Origin: Hyphomicrobiales bacterium
Lineage (GTDB): Bacteria; Pseudomonadota; Alphaproteobacteria; Rhizobiales; TMED25
Direction: 5' to 3'
Assembly (NCBI GenBank): GCA_049602435.1
Contig: JBMYRO010000006.1
Span: 268 to 64,267 of the forward strand
Length of the DNA stretch: 64,000 bases
Below the pieces are notes generated by a model. It was not told the DNA's origin. It searched no databases and was given only the letters and a program-made list of their open reading frames with translations. A program made the translations under genes and the position numbers. Of this stretch, positions 9,367 through 19,950 are shown piece by piece. Each line of letters begins with the position of its first letter. The first letter of the stretch is position 1.

Positions 9367-10296
9367 ATGCTTAACAGAATTGATAAAAAATTCATTAGAA
9401 GAATCGAATACAGTTCTATTCCTAATTGGACCCAGGACAATCATTTAGAAGCTTTTCAAACGCTTATGAATGGTGATAAAAGTCTTAAGAAATTTAATAT
9501 TAAAACAATCAATCAAGCACGATTTTTTTTTGAAGAAAATTATCAGCCCTTTCAAATAAGTAATAACTTAGTGAGTCAGAATTTATTTACAGGTTATTTC
9601 GAACCAGGGCTAAGTGCTTCGACAAAAGAGAGTAAAATTTATAAATATCCATTATACGGAGCACCTCAAGATAAAAATTTATTAGATATAAGTAGATGTG
9701 ATTTTGAAGGCAGTATTAAATCAGGAATTCCAATTCATGCATGGTTAAAAGATAGAATAGATCTATATTTTATGCATATTCAAGGTTCTGGTGTTCTAAA
9801 TTTTATTGAAGGATTTTCAAAAAGGTTTGTATTTGAAAGTAAGAATAATTTTAAATATACATCACTGGGCAAAAGTCTCATTGAGCTAGGATATATCGAG
9901 GAAAATAATATTTCCATGACAACTATAAAAGATTGGTTAAGGTCTGATAAAAAAAATTATGAAAGTGTTTATATTAATGAGTCCTTTATCTTTTTTAAAG
10001 AGGATGAGTTAGATATAGATAATAAATATCCCATTGGACAACTTGGGATAAGATTGACCCCTTTGAGATCGTTGGCTGTTGATCTGTCTATATATGATAC
10101 CAACACACCAATTTGGTTGAAAACACAGATTCCAATTGCGGAGAATAAAACCACAAATTTTGAAAGATTAATGATCGCACAAGACCAAGGTTCTGCGATA
10201 AAAGGTTTATCTAGGGGCGACATTTTTTTTGGCAATGATGAAATTGCTGGTAATATGAAATATTCAGGTAGTATCATTATTTTAGTTAGGAATTAA
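9367..10296 (+). CDS. mltA: membrane-bound lytic murein transglycosylase A
   Basis: 309 aa. MltA-domain motif FMHIQGSG and 3D-domain motif AQDQGSAIKG...GDIFFG. Confidence 0.82.
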   Translation: MLNRIDKKFIRRIEYSSIPNWTQDNHLEAFQTLMNGDKSLKKFNIKTINQARFFFEENYQPFQISNNLVSQNLFTGYFEPGLSASTKESKIYKYPLYGAPQDKNLLDISRCDFEGSIKSGIPIHAWLKDRIDLYFMHIQGSGVLNFIEGFSKRFVFESKNNFKYTSLGKSLIELGYIEENNISMTTIKDWLRSDKKNYESVYINESFIFFKEDELDIDNKYPIGQLGIRLTPLRSLAVDLSIYDTNTPIWLKTQIPIAENKTTNFERLMIAQDQGSAIKGLSRGDIFFGNDEIAGNMKYSGSIIILVRN

Positions 10297-10303
10297 TTGA
10301 GTA

Positions 10304-10924
10304 ATGAAAAATAAAATTACAAAAGAAGATTTTATTCTTTGGGAAAAAATTACAAAAAATATTCAACCTATAGATAATAATTCATCAAAAAAGGATCGTG
10401 AGTTTTATGATCTGAAGGGTCTAAATAGTGCTAATAATCAACAAAAACAGAAACTAGATAGTTTATCATCAGAAAAAACAAATAAGATTATTGAAAAGAG
10501 AAGTAAATCAAATTTAATAAACAACAATAAAGTGTCAAGTAGTTTAAAAGCTAATACTGAAGATCTATTTACAGGTATTCATAAAAGATTAGATCAAAAA
10601 ATGACACGTGGCCATGTCGAAATTGATGCCTCAATAGATTTACATGGTTTAAATCAAGAACAAGCGAGATTAGAACTCAATAATTTTATATTAAGGTCTA
10701 AAAAGAATAACTTTAAAATAGTTCTGGTTATTACAGGCAAAGGAAATAGCCCTAAAACAGACTCTGTGTATGAGGTTGATAACAATCAAAGAGGTGTTCT
10801 TAATAAAAACTTACCATTGTGGTTAAAAAAAGATGAAATAAGAAAAAATATAAATGGTTACAGATACGCAAGCCAAAAACATGGTGGTCAAGGGGCATAT
10901 TATATTTTATTGAAAAGTAACTAA
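10304..10924 (+). CDS. Smr-domain protein
   Basis: 206 aa. C-terminal Smr domain [11 protein letters not shown]...VLVITGKG. The N-terminal half is low-complexity. Confidence 0.8.
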   Translation: MKNKITKEDFILWEKITKNIQPIDNNSSKKDREFYDLKGLNSANNQQKQKLDSLSSEKTNKIIEKRSKSNLINNNKVSSSLKANTEDLFTGIHKRLDQKMTRGHVEIDASIDLHGLNQEQARLELNNFILRSKKNNFKIVLVITGKGNSPKTDSVYEVDNNQRGVLNKNLPLWLKKDEIRKNINGYRYASQKHGGQGAYYILLKSN

Positions 10925-12228
10925 AGAATAAATTTTGAGAGATCTGAATTATTTGCTAGATCTTCAATATTTTTAGAAACATAATCTTGATCAATAGTAA
11001 TCTCTTTTTCATCCATATCTGGAGCAGAAAAGCTTATCTCATCAAGCACTCTCTCTAATACAGTATGAAGTCTCCTTGCACCTATATTTTCAACGTTTGA
11101 ATTTACATTGACAGCAATATCTGCAATTTTTTCAATAGCATCTTTTGAAAAACTAAGCTTGAGACCTTCCGTTTCCATTAGAGCAATGTATTGTTTAATT
11201 AAACTAGCTTCGGTATCTGTCAGAATACTTACAAAATCCTCTTTAGATAATGCATTTAATTCAACTCTTATAGGAAGTCTGCCTTGAAGCTCAGGGAGCA
11301 AATCAGATGGTTTTGCTAAATGAAATGCACCTGAAGTAATAAATAGAATATGATCAGTTTTGACAATTCCATGTTTTGTTGAGACAGAAGTACCTTCGAT
11401 CAGTGGAAGCAGATCCCTTTGCACGCCCTCACGGCTCACATCAGCTCCTTGTCTGTTTTCTCTTGCGCAGATTTTATCGATTTCATCAATAAAAACTATT
11501 CCATGATTTTGGACACTTTTAAGAGCTTCCTGAACAATGCTATCATTATCTAATAAATTATCAGACTCTTCCTGTAAGAGTATGTCATAGCTCTCTTTAA
11601 CTAACATTTTTTTTGATTTAAATTTATCTCCTAGTGCTTTACCTAGCATATCTCCAATATTTACCATGCCCATTTGTGCTCCTGGCATCCCTGGAATTTC
11701 AAATGAGCTCATATTTGAAGACGAGTCTTTAATTTTTAATTCGATTTCTTTATCATCAAGTTCTCCACTGCGGAGTTTTTTTCTAAAAGAGTCTTTTGTT
11801 GATGATGATGCATTTTCGCCTACTAAAGCATTAACTACTCTTTCTTCAGCTAAAAGATGTGCTTTAGCTTCGACTTCTTTTCTCTTCTTTTCTCTTATCA
11901 TTCCTATTGATGTTTCAACGAGATCTCTAATTATTTGTTCAACATCTCTTCCGACATACCCAACTTCAGTAAACTTAGTAGCTTCGACTTTAATAAATGG
12001 TGCATCAGCAAGTTTTGCAAGTCTTCTAGATATCTCTGTTTTGCCAACTCCTGTTGGCCCTATCATAAGAATATTTTTTGGTAGAATTTCATCTTTAAGT
12101 GGACCCGAGAGCTGTTGTCTACGCCATTGGTTTCTTAATGCTATTGCGCAAGCTCTTTTTGCTTTTTTTTGACCGATAATAAATCGATCCAATTCTGATA
12201 CTATTTCTCTTGGTGAAAAATCAGACAT
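10921..12228 (-). CDS. hslU: ATP-dependent protease ATPase subunit HslU
   Basis: 435 aa. Walker [16 protein letters not shown], Walker [10 protein letters not shown]. Confidence 0.97.
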   Translation of the reverse strand: MSDFSPREIVSELDRFIIGQKKAKRACAIALRNQWRRQQLSGPLKDEILPKNILMIGPTGVGKTEISRRLAKLADAPFIKVEATKFTEVGYVGRDVEQIIRDLVETSIGMIREKKRKEVEAKAHLLAEERVVNALVGENASSSTKDSFRKKLRSGELDDKEIELKIKDSSSNMSSFEIPGMPGAQMGMVNIGDMLGKALGDKFKSKKMLVKESYDILLQEESDNLLDNDSIVQEALKSVQNHGIVFIDEIDKICARENRQGADVSREGVQRDLLPLIEGTSVSTKHGIVKTDHILFITSGAFHLAKPSDLLPELQGRLPIRVELNALSKEDFVSILTDTEASLIKQYIALMETEGLKLSFSKDAIEKIADIAVNVNSNVENIGARRLHTVLERVLDEISFSAPDMDEKEITIDQDYVSKNIEDLANNSDLSKFIL

Positions 12229-12238
12229 GTTATTCCTC

Positions 12239-12838
12239 TTAACTTAATTTGATACTTTCTATCACTAAATTATTGTTTGTATATACACAAATATCAGCAG
12301 CAATTTTCATTGATTTTTCAGCAATTTCTTTGGCATTAGCATTTGTTTCATAGAGTGCTTTTGCTGCTGCAAGTGCATAATTGCCGCCCGATCCGATTGC
12401 TATAACACCTTCCTCAGGTTCAAGAACATCACCATTACCTGTAAGTACAAAACTACATTCCTTATCAGCAACAAGCATCATTGCTTCCAATCTTCGCAGG
12501 TACCTATCAAGTCTCCAGTCTTTAGCAAGTTCAACAGCTGCTCTGGTTAATTGAGTAGGATATTGTTCTAGTTTTGCTTCTAGTCTATCAAAAAGAGTTA
12601 GTGCATCTGCTGTCGAGCCTGCAAAACCTGCTATAACGTTTCCGTCGTTACCCAAACGTCTTACTTTTCTGGCATTATTTTTCATGATTGTTTGGCCTAA
12701 ACTTACTTGACCATCACCAGCTATTACCACATGATCATCTTTCCTGACCATTATGATGGTTGTCCCTATCATATTTTTGTTATCGTGTTCTATCATAAAA
12801 TCCCTATTTATTAGATGCAAACTATGCGTATTACTCAT
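12239..12838 (-). CDS. hslV: ATP-dependent protease subunit HslV
   Basis: Core [22 protein letters not shown]...GFAGSTADA...GSGGNYA. The track ORF (to 12946) would overlap divergent hisB and a candidate promoter, so I use the ATG at 12838. The ATG at 12796 is an equally plausible alternative. Confidence 0.92.
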   Translation of the reverse strand: MSNTHSLHLINRDFMIEHDNKNMIGTTIIMVRKDDHVVIAGDGQVSLGQTIMKNNARKVRRLGNDGNVIAGFAGSTADALTLFDRLEAKLEQYPTQLTRAAVELAKDWRLDRYLRRLEAMMLVADKECSFVLTGNGDVLEPEEGVIAIGSGGNYALAAAKALYETNANAKEIAEKSMKIAADICVYTNNNLVIESIKLS

Positions 12839-12875
12839 ATATTTAAGATATATTAATAATATCTCATCTATAGTA

Positions 12876-12905
12876 TATATGTCGATTGTGATATAAATAT
12901 TCAAG
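12876..12905 (-). promoter_or_regulatory. possible sigma-32-type promoter for hslVU
   Basis: Minus strand reads CTTGAA-15 nt-CGACATATA, against the E. coli sigma-32 consensus CTTGAA-N13-17-CCCCATNT. The -10 match is only partial. Confidence 0.3.
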
Positions 12906-12928
12906 ATTTTTAATATACGGAAAATAAA

Positions 12929-13531
12929 ATGAATAAAATTCTCCAACGTAAAGCAAAAGTGGAAAGAAAAACTAAAGAAACCAATATTTCTTGTGAAGTT
13001 CTACTTGATGGGACAGGAAAATATGACATACAGACAGGTATAGGCTTTCTTGATCATATGATAGAGCAAGTTGCTAGACATGGATTGATTGACATCAATT
13101 TAAAAGCAGACGGAGATCTGCACATAGATATGCATCACACAACGGAAGATGTTGGCATTGTATTGGGAGCCGCTATCAAAAAAGCACTTGGAGATAAGGT
13201 GGGGATTAAACGATACGCTGATATAGTTCTACCAATGGATGAGGCTTTAACACTAGTTGCAATTGATATTTCTGGTAGAGCTTATCTCAGATGGGCAGTA
13301 AATTTAACCCCCCCAAAAATAGGAGAAATGGATACTGAGCTATTCAAAGAGTGGTTTTATGCCTTTGCTCATAATAGTGAGATCACTTTGCATATTGAAA
13401 ATTTGCAGGGAAGTAATGGTCATCACGTAATTGAGTCATGCTATAAAGGTCTCGCACGATGTTTAAAAGAAGCAATATCTATTGATCCAAGGATGTCTGA
13501 TAGCATTCCTACGACAAAGGGAATTTTGTAG
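12929..13531 (+). CDS. hisB: imidazoleglycerol-phosphate dehydratase
   Basis: 200 aa. [28 protein letters not shown] motifs. Confidence 0.95.
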   Translation: MNKILQRKAKVERKTKETNISCEVLLDGTGKYDIQTGIGFLDHMIEQVARHGLIDINLKADGDLHIDMHHTTEDVGIVLGAAIKKALGDKVGIKRYADIVLPMDEALTLVAIDISGRAYLRWAVNLTPPKIGEMDTELFKEWFYAFAHNSEITLHIENLQGSNGHHVIESCYKGLARCLKEAISIDPRMSDSIPTTKGIL

Positions 13532-13541
13532 ATATAGAGTG

Positions 13542-13985
13542 ATGTCTTATTACGAAATTTATACTAGAAATAAAATATCTGAGGATGATTACAAAGAAAT
13601 TATTATTCATCGAGATAGATTTTCATTAATTGCTTTTCTATTTCCACCGTTGTGGCTTATTTTAAATAAAAATATTTTTTTAATACCTATTTATTTATTT
13701 TTGGGCTACTTAGCTTATCTCTTTTTTGGAGTTGGTTATTTTTTATTTTTTATCTGTTTTATAAACCTCTTTGTAGCCTTACAAGCTAGCCAGTTACGAG
13801 AATGGATTTTAGGTTTTAGAAATTATTCTTTACAAATGGTTGTGAAAGCAGATAACCAAATGAGTGCATATCATATATATACTCAATTCCATTTGGATCA
13901 GAATAACATTAAAGAACGAAATAAAGCGAATATAGTATCTGATCGTCTAAATAATGAAGATACCCCTATTTTTAATATATTTTGA
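13542..13985 (+). CDS. DUF2628-type small membrane protein embedded in the his operon
   Basis: Start taken at ATG 13542 (MSYYEIY...). The track start at 13482 would overlap hisB by 50 nt. Motif RDRFSLIAFLFPPLWLILNK plus 2-3 TM helices. The same hisB-X-hisH position is seen in other alphaproteobacteria. Confidence 0.7.
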   Translation: MSYYEIYTRNKISEDDYKEIIIHRDRFSLIAFLFPPLWLILNKNIFLIPIYLFLGYLAYLFFGVGYFLFFICFINLFVALQASQLREWILGFRNYSLQMVVKADNQMSAYHIYTQFHLDQNNIKERNKANIVSDRLNNEDTPIFNIF

Positions 13986-13998
13986 AACGTGATTTTAA

Positions 13999-14649
13999 AT
14001 GGAAACAATTGGAATTATTGATTACGGTTCAGGTAACATTCATTCTGCAACTAAAGCATTTGAAACCGCGGCAAAGGATATAAACAAAGAAGTAAGCGTA
14101 ATAAGGGTTTCAAAAGCTAGCGGAGTTATGGATTGTGATAGAATTGTTTTACCGGGTGTAGGTTCTTTCGGTGATTGCAAAACAGGAATTGATCAAGTTG
14201 ATGACTTGTATCAAACAATATGTATGAAAGTAAAGGAATATTCTACTCCGTTTCTTGGTATTTGTGTTGGGATGCAATTATTAGCTGATTTAGGCACAGA
14301 GGGCGGTGAAACAGAAGGTTTTGGATGGATAAAAGGAACTGTTAAAAAAATCCCTTCTAAAGAAGGTATAAAAATACCACATATGGGCTGGAATGAGGTC
14401 CATTTCTGCAAGGATCATAAAATAATTGATAGTTTAATGAATGGTCAAGAAGGGATGGTTGCATACTTCGTTCATTCATACCATTTTCAATTAAAAGACG
14501 AAGAGAACCTATTGGGGTATTGTGACTATGGGTCAAAAATTACAGCAATTATTGAAAAAAATAATATTATTGGTTGTCAGTTTCACCCAGAGAAAAGTCA
14601 AAAAATGGGTCTGAAATTTATTAAAAACTTTTTGAACTGGAATATTTAA
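13999..14649 (+). CDS. hisH: imidazole glycerol phosphate synthase, glutamine amidotransferase subunit
   Basis: 216 aa. Catalytic Cys in GICVGMQLL, and QFHPEKS. Confidence 0.95.
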   Translation: METIGIIDYGSGNIHSATKAFETAAKDINKEVSVIRVSKASGVMDCDRIVLPGVGSFGDCKTGIDQVDDLYQTICMKVKEYSTPFLGICVGMQLLADLGTEGGETEGFGWIKGTVKKIPSKEGIKIPHMGWNEVHFCKDHKIIDSLMNGQEGMVAYFVHSYHFQLKDEENLLGYCDYGSKITAIIEKNNIIGCQFHPEKSQKMGLKFIKNFLNWNI

Positions 14650-14651
14650 GC

Positions 14652-15377
14652 ATGATATTATTTCCTGCTATTGATATCAAAAATGGTGAGTGTGTTAGAT
14701 TAAAGCTCGGGGATCTGGACGACTCAAAGACATACAATAAAGATCCACTATCACAAGCTAAATTATTTGAAGAGTATGGATTTGAATGGGTTCATATTGT
14801 AGATTTAAATGCTGCAGTAACAGGCGCTAGTCTAAATGGAGAAGTAATCAAAACCATAGTTCAAAACACAAGATTAAAAGTTCAATTAGGTGGTGGGATT
14901 AAAAGTTTAGATCAGATAAATTATTGGTTTTCGATAGGAGTACAAAAACTAGTTCTTGGAACCATTTCTGTAAATGACATTGATTTTGTTAAGGAAACTA
15001 TAAAAAAATTTCCAAACAAAATTGTATTGGCTTTAGATACGAAAAATGAATTAATTTGTATTGATGGCTGGAAGACAACAACGGATATAAATGTATTTGA
15101 TTTGGTCCAAGAATATAATGAATATGAAGTAAATGCTATTTTACATACTGATATTAATAGGGACGGAATGTTACAAGGATTAAATTTTGAGGCTTCGAGG
15201 AAATTAGCACAAGCGACAAGAATCCCCGTAATACTCAGTGGTGGATTAACATCAATAGATGAAATTCGAGATCTAAATAAACCCGAAAATACAATCTTTA
15301 AGGGGGCGATTATGGGCAAAGCTTTGTACGAGAAAAAAATAGATCCCCTAGAAGCACTTAAAATATTAAATAGGTAA
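14652..15377 (+). CDS. hisA: ProFAR isomerase HisA
   Basis: 241 aa. N-terminus [31 protein letters not shown]. Confidence 0.93.
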   Translation: MILFPAIDIKNGECVRLKLGDLDDSKTYNKDPLSQAKLFEEYGFEWVHIVDLNAAVTGASLNGEVIKTIVQNTRLKVQLGGGIKSLDQINYWFSIGVQKLVLGTISVNDIDFVKETIKKFPNKIVLALDTKNELICIDGWKTTTDINVFDLVQEYNEYEVNAILHTDINRDGMLQGLNFEASRKLAQATRIPVILSGGLTSIDEIRDLNKPENTIFKGAIMGKALYEKKIDPLEALKILNR

Positions 15378-15390
15378 ATGGAAAAGAAAA

Positions 15391-16149
15391 TTGCTTAGAT
15401 CAAGAATTATCCCTTGTTTGGATGTAAATAAAGGCAGAGTAGTTAAAGGCACTAATTTTATTAACCTTCGGGATGCTGGTGATCCTGTGGAAGTTGCTAA
15501 AATATATGATGAGCAAGGGGCTGATGAACTGTGTTTCTTGGATATTACAGCCAGCCATGAGAATAGGGACACAATATACGAGATCGTTCAAAAGACTGCT
15601 GAAGTTTGTTTTATGCCACTCACTGTAGGTGGAGGTATTAGTAAAGTTGATCACATAAGAAAACTTTTATTATCTGGAGCTGATAAGGTATCGATAAATT
15701 CAGCGGCCGTTATGAATAATATATTTGTTAGAGATGCTTCTGAAAAATTTGGAGCTCAGTGTATTGTTGTAGCGATAGATGCCAAAAGAAATAATATTAA
15801 AAACAACTGGGAAGTTTATACTCATGGAGGGCGAAAAAATACAGAAATAGATGTATTAAATTATGCTGAGAAAGTTGTTGCATTAGGAGCAGGTGAATTG
15901 CTTGTAACTTCAATGGATAGAGATGGTACAAAGTCAGGTTTTGATAATTTACTGATTAAGAAAATAACAGAAATTGTTAATGTTCCTGTTATTGCAAGTG
16001 GAGGAGTAGGTAACTTACAACACCTCGTCGACGGAATAAAAATTGGTGGCGCTGACGCAGTCCTTGCAGCTTCAATTTTTCATTTTGGAGAATATTCAAT
16101 TGTCGAAGCAAAAAAATATATGAAAGACAATGGTATTAAAATCAGGTAA
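15391..16149 (+). CDS. hisF: imidazole glycerol phosphate synthase cyclase subunit
   Basis: 252 aa. [26 protein letters not shown]. Confidence 0.96.
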   Translation: MLRSRIIPCLDVNKGRVVKGTNFINLRDAGDPVEVAKIYDEQGADELCFLDITASHENRDTIYEIVQKTAEVCFMPLTVGGGISKVDHIRKLLLSGADKVSINSAAVMNNIFVRDASEKFGAQCIVVAIDAKRNNIKNNWEVYTHGGRKNTEIDVLNYAEKVVALGAGELLVTSMDRDGTKSGFDNLLIKKITEIVNVPVIASGGVGNLQHLVDGIKIGGADAVLAASIFHFGEYSIVEAKKYMKDNGIKIR

Positions 16150-16173
16150 TTTAATGTTAATAATATAAATAAG

Positions 16174-16491
16174 ATGAAGAATTTAGCATATTTAAAAGAA
16201 CTTACAGCAATTATTTCTAATAGTGTTGAGAAGGATCCAAGCCTTTCATATACGGCTTCATTATTAAATAATCATCAGTTGTTAACAAAAAAGATAGGTG
16301 AGGAAGCAACAGAGGTAATAATATCCTCCCTTTCAGGTGATTCAGATAATGTGAGGAGAGAGGCTGCAGATTTGTTATATCACTTATTAGTATTACTTAA
16401 AAAAAATGAACTTACCATCGATGATGTATGCCATGAGCTATCTACAAGGCAAGGCGTTTCAGGCCACGATGAAAAAAAATCAAGAAAATAG
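16174..16491 (+). CDS. hisE: phosphoribosyl-ATP pyrophosphatase
   Basis: 105 aa. KKIGEEATEV and EAADLLYHLLVLL motifs. Confidence 0.88.
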   Translation: MKNLAYLKELTAIISNSVEKDPSLSYTASLLNNHQLLTKKIGEEATEVIISSLSGDSDNVRREAADLLYHLLVLLKKNELTIDDVCHELSTRQGVSGHDEKKSRK

Positions 16492-16496
16492 CATTA

Positions 16497-17447
16497 ATGC
16501 CTCCATCAATAAACGAGAACTCCCCTTATATTATTTTTTCAAGAGATGAATGGGCTAATCTTGGATTTGGAACAACTTTATCATTATCGGAAAATGAATT
16601 AAGTGCATTAAGAGGCTTAAATGAGCCCATGTCCCTAGAAGAGGTTAGAGATGTATATCTACCAATTTCCAGGCTTTTAGACTTATACATTTCTGCAACA
16701 AAAAAATTATTTAACGCGACAAATACTTTTCTTGGGAAAAAAAATATTAAAGTGCCATTTATTATTGGGGTGGCGGGGTCTGTAGCTGTAGGTAAAAGTA
16801 CGACCTCAAGAATTCTGCAAGCCTTATTATCTAAATGGTCTAAAAATATCAGTGTTTCACTTGTTAACACTGATGGTTTTTTATTGAGTAATAATGAACT
16901 TGAAGACAAAAATCTAATGGATCGGAAGGGCTTCCCAGAAAGTTATAACCTATCAAAGTTATTAAATTTTTTAAATGAAGTAAAATCTGGAAAAGAGAAC
17001 GTAAAAGCCCCTGTATATTCACACCTATTGTATGATAACTTACCAGATGAATATGTTACCGTTAACAAACCAGATATTTTAATAATTGAGGGCTTAAATG
17101 TTTTACAGCCAGCTCCACTTCCTCAAAACGGAAATGCAATTCCATATGTTTCTGACTATTTTGATTTTTCAATTTTTGTTGATTCTGATCATACCCATAT
17201 TCAGAAATGGTATGTTGAACGTTTCTTAAAATTAAAATCAACAGCCTTTCAGCAACCAGATTCTTATTTTAAAAAATACTCAAAATTAACAGATAGTGAA
17301 GCAATAAAAGTTGCAAATGAATTGTGGAATAAAATCAACTATATAAATTTGATTGAAAACATCTTACCAACTAGACAAAGAGCTAGTCTAATTATTAGAA
17401 AATCTGTTAATCACTATGTAGATCAGATTTCTCTAAGAAAACTATAA
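16497..17447 (+). CDS. coaA: type I pantothenate kinase
   Basis: 316 aa. P-loop GVAGSVAVGKSTTSR, and DILIIEGLNVLQ. Confidence 0.93.
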   Translation: MPPSINENSPYIIFSRDEWANLGFGTTLSLSENELSALRGLNEPMSLEEVRDVYLPISRLLDLYISATKKLFNATNTFLGKKNIKVPFIIGVAGSVAVGKSTTSRILQALLSKWSKNISVSLVNTDGFLLSNNELEDKNLMDRKGFPESYNLSKLLNFLNEVKSGKENVKAPVYSHLLYDNLPDEYVTVNKPDILIIEGLNVLQPAPLPQNGNAIPYVSDYFDFSIFVDSDHTHIQKWYVERFLKLKSTAFQQPDSYFKKYSKLTDSEAIKVANELWNKINYINLIENILPTRQRASLIIRKSVNHYVDQISLRKL

Positions 17448-18427
17448 AGCCCCTCTTTATATTCTTTGATTTTCTTGATGTCTAATTTTCCGCCATCAAC
17501 TGTGATAATTTGGGAAGCAAGGTAATTGGCACATTTTAGACAAACATCCGGTTTTTTTCCATTTAGGTAAGCTTTTATATAACCAGAAACAAATAAATCA
17601 CCAGCTCCTGTTGTATCAAGTATGTTTTCAACATTAATTGAATTCTCTTTGTAAATTTTATTATCGTTTATAACTGTTGCACCCTTATTTCCTGATGTCA
17701 TTATCAATGAGTTGATATTTTCAGAATGGTCTTTCATTTTTTTTAGGAGATTTGCCTCCTTTTCTTCCTCAAATAGGCACATCATCTCAGCTTTATTTCC
17801 AAATAAAAGGCTGATGTTATTTTCATAAATTAAGTCAAAGAAATCAGATCTAAATTGTTCAACACAATTTACATCAGATAATGATATTGCAGTAAATCCA
17901 TTTTGCTCTTTAGTTTTACGAAATGAGTTTTCAATTATTTTTTTGCCATCATTTAAGTAATAAATATAACCTTCAATAAACGTTCCATTTAAATTCTTGA
18001 ACATATTATCTTGGATATCATTTGAAGTTAATTGAACAGATGCACCCAAATAAGTATTCATCGTCCGCTCGCCATCTGGGGTGACATAGATAATGGACCT
18101 TCCAGTATTAGCATTTTTATCAATTACAATGCCATCATCTGCAAGATTAAAATCTTGTAATTTTTTTATATAAATTTCACCAAATTTATCATTGCCTATT
18201 TTCCCAACAAAACATACTTCTTCATCCATAATAGATAATCCACAAGCACTATTGCTAGCACTTCCTCCAATAATTACATTTTGGTCAGAAACCTGCAATT
18301 GAAGTTTATCGGCATCCGTCAATGTGATAATTTTCATTTTACCCTTATCATCAGGATGTAATAATTTGTCATAATTAATGTGGGATATTAGATCTACAAT
18401 AGCATTCCCAATGAATAGTGTATGCAT
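17423..18427 (-). CDS. PfkB-family sugar/nucleoside kinase (adenosine-kinase-like)
   Basis: 334 aa. N-terminal GNAIVDLI, GGSASNSA, C-terminal DTTGAGDLF. Substrate cannot be inferred from the sequence alone. Confidence 0.8.
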   Translation of the reverse strand: MHTLFIGNAIVDLISHINYDKLLHPDDKGKMKIITLTDADKLQLQVSDQNVIIGGSASNSACGLSIMDEEVCFVGKIGNDKFGEIYIKKLQDFNLADDGIVIDKNANTGRSIIYVTPDGERTMNTYLGASVQLTSNDIQDNMFKNLNGTFIEGYIYYLNDGKKIIENSFRKTKEQNGFTAISLSDVNCVEQFRSDFFDLIYENNISLLFGNKAEMMCLFEEEKEANLLKKMKDHSENINSLIMTSGNKGATVINDNKIYKENSINVENILDTTGAGDLFVSGYIKAYLNGKKPDVCLKCANYLASQIITVDGGKLDIKKIKEYKEGLYSFLREI

Positions 18428-18454
18428 ATTAATAATATAACTAAGCTATTAGGT

Positions 18455-19075
18455 TTAATATCTTTTGACAAATAGTTCGGTTTTTTTTATCATCTTCTTG
18501 TTTTCGAACTCATACACAATTGGAATCCCTGTAGTTATTTCAACATTAACTATCTCTTCTTCACTTAGTTCTTCTACATGCATTATAATTGATCTAAGGG
18601 AGTTGCCATGCGCAGTAATTATTACATTCTCATCATTATAAAGCTTGGGTAAAATATTATCTTTAAAATAGGGGATTGTTCTATTTGAGGTATCTTTGAG
18701 GCTTTCTCCATTTTCTGGAGCTACATCATAGGATCTTCTCCATATTTTTACCTGTTCATCCCCCCATTTTTTGCGGGCCTCATCTTTATTTAAGCCAGTA
18801 AGGTCACCATAGTTTCTCTCATTTAATGCTTTATCAGAAATTATTTCTATATCTTTCTTGAGTATGTAGAGGACAATCTCAAGTGTATTTTTTGCTCGTT
18901 TAAGCGCACTAGTAAAAGCATGATTAATATCAACTTTTAGGTTTTGAATTGCAAACGCTGCCAATTTTGCTTCAATTTTACCTTGATCAGTTAGGCTCAC
19001 ATCTTCCCAACCTGTGAATAAATTTAATTTATTCCATTCACTTTCACCGTGCCTTAATAGTATTAATTTTGCCAT
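18455..19075 (-). CDS. gpmA: 2,3-bisphosphoglycerate-dependent phosphoglycerate mutase
   Basis: 206 aa. LILLRHGESEWN catalytic-His motif, and AHGNSLR. Confidence 0.93.
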   Translation of the reverse strand: MAKLILLRHGESEWNKLNLFTGWEDVSLTDQGKIEAKLAAFAIQNLKVDINHAFTSALKRAKNTLEIVLYILKKDIEIISDKALNERNYGDLTGLNKDEARKKWGDEQVKIWRRSYDVAPENGESLKDTSNRTIPYFKDNILPKLYNDENVIITAHGNSLRSIIMHVEELSEEEIVNVEITTGIPIVYEFENKKMIKKTELFVKRY

Positions 19076-19090
19076 ATTTAATATTTACCT

Positions 19091-19891
19091 CTAATTTTTT
19101 ATATTCAGTACGTCATCCATACTATAAAATCCTGGCTCTTTATCGAGGGACCATTTTGCAGCGTGCATTGCTCCTTTTACAAATATTTTTCTGCTTAAAG
19201 CACTATGTGATATTCTCAGTATTTCGCTATCTCCAGCGAATAAAACAGTGTGTTCTCCTACTACATCCCCACCTCTAATTGTTGAGAATCCAATTGTATT
19301 TTTTTGTCTAGCACCTGTATTACCGTATCTTTCATAAACAGCATTTTTATCAAGATTTATTTTTCTACCTTCAGCTGCAGCTTCCCCCAATAGAAGTGCG
19401 GTGCCTGATGGCGCGTCTACTTTTTTATTATGATGCATTTCAACAATTTCAATATCAAAATCAGTTAACAAAGAAGCAATCTCTTTCGTTAGTTTTGCCA
19501 TTATATTTATTCCTAGGCTCATATTACCAGATTGTACAATTACGGCATGTCTTGAAGCACTCCTGATATTATCAAAGTCTTTATTTGTTAAACCTGTGGT
19601 TCCAATTATGTGGGATATTCGAGCTTGTGCAGCAAGAATGCTATTTTTAATTGTTGTTTTAGGGTTTGTGAAATCAATTATTACATCAGCTGATTTTACC
19701 AATGTAATTGGATCGTCAACGATTTTTATTTTGAGTGGTTTTTCCTGTATAAGTTCTCCAATATCTCTTCCAATCCAAGGAGATTTTGCACTTTCTGTTG
19801 CGCCTATAATTTCTATATTTTGATCGTGATAGGCAAATTTTATTAACTCTCTACCCATTCTACCAGCAGCACCAGCAATAATTAATTTCAT
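19091..19891 (-). CDS. dapB: 4-hydroxy-tetrahydrodipicolinate reductase
   Basis: 266 aa. IAGAAGRMG Rossmann motif, and EMHHNKKVDAPSGTA. Confidence 0.95.
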   Translation of the reverse strand: MKLIIAGAAGRMGRELIKFAYHDQNIEIIGATESAKSPWIGRDIGELIQEKPLKIKIVDDPITLVKSADVIIDFTNPKTTIKNSILAAQARISHIIGTTGLTNKDFDNIRSASRHAVIVQSGNMSLGINIMAKLTKEIASLLTDFDIEIVEMHHNKKVDAPSGTALLLGEAAAEGRKINLDKNAVYERYGNTGARQKNTIGFSTIRGGDVVGEHTVLFAGDSEILRISHSALSRKIFVKGAMHAAKWSLDKEPGFYSMDDVLNIKN

Positions 19892-19950
19892 AGTTTTCTC
19901 AATTTAAAATATTTTGGTCAATTGAGACTCATATTACGCCGAAATAAAAT

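Noticed and set aside
11666-12172. Long antisense ORFs inside well-supported genes. Examples: 168 aa opposite hslU; 2312..2626 opposite rho; 14921..15319 opposite hisA; 16526..16909 opposite coaA; 27299..27721 opposite echA; 31824..32216 opposite coaBC; 41761..42114 opposite infB; 43530..43898 opposite nusA; 57635..57988 opposite murJ.
   Set aside because: All lie fully within strongly motif-supported genes on the other strand. Their translations are low-complexity (S/I/L/F-rich) with no recognisable motifs. This is typical shadow-frame behaviour, not overlapping genes.
12839-12946. N-terminal extension of HslV in the ORF track (start at 12946).
   Set aside because: It would overlap the divergent hisB start (12929) and the candidate promoter. 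The extension ([24 protein letters not shown]...) is non-conserved and AT-driven. Internal ATGs at 12838 and 12796 give a normal HslV N-terminus.
13482-13541. Upstream extensions of track ORFs for DUF2628 (13482), ubiB (29404), the SH3 protein (33337) and fabA (34482).
   Set aside because: Each extension overlaps the preceding gene or starts at a non-ATG codon, while an ATG just after or near the upstream stop gives a sensible N-terminus.
19897-19927. Inverted repeat TCTCAATT-15 nt-AATTGAGA between dnaJ and dapB as a possible terminator.
   Set aside because: The stem is only 8 bp and AT-rich, the loop is large (15 nt), and no U-run follows on the transcribed (minus) strand. It is not convincing as an intrinsic terminator.
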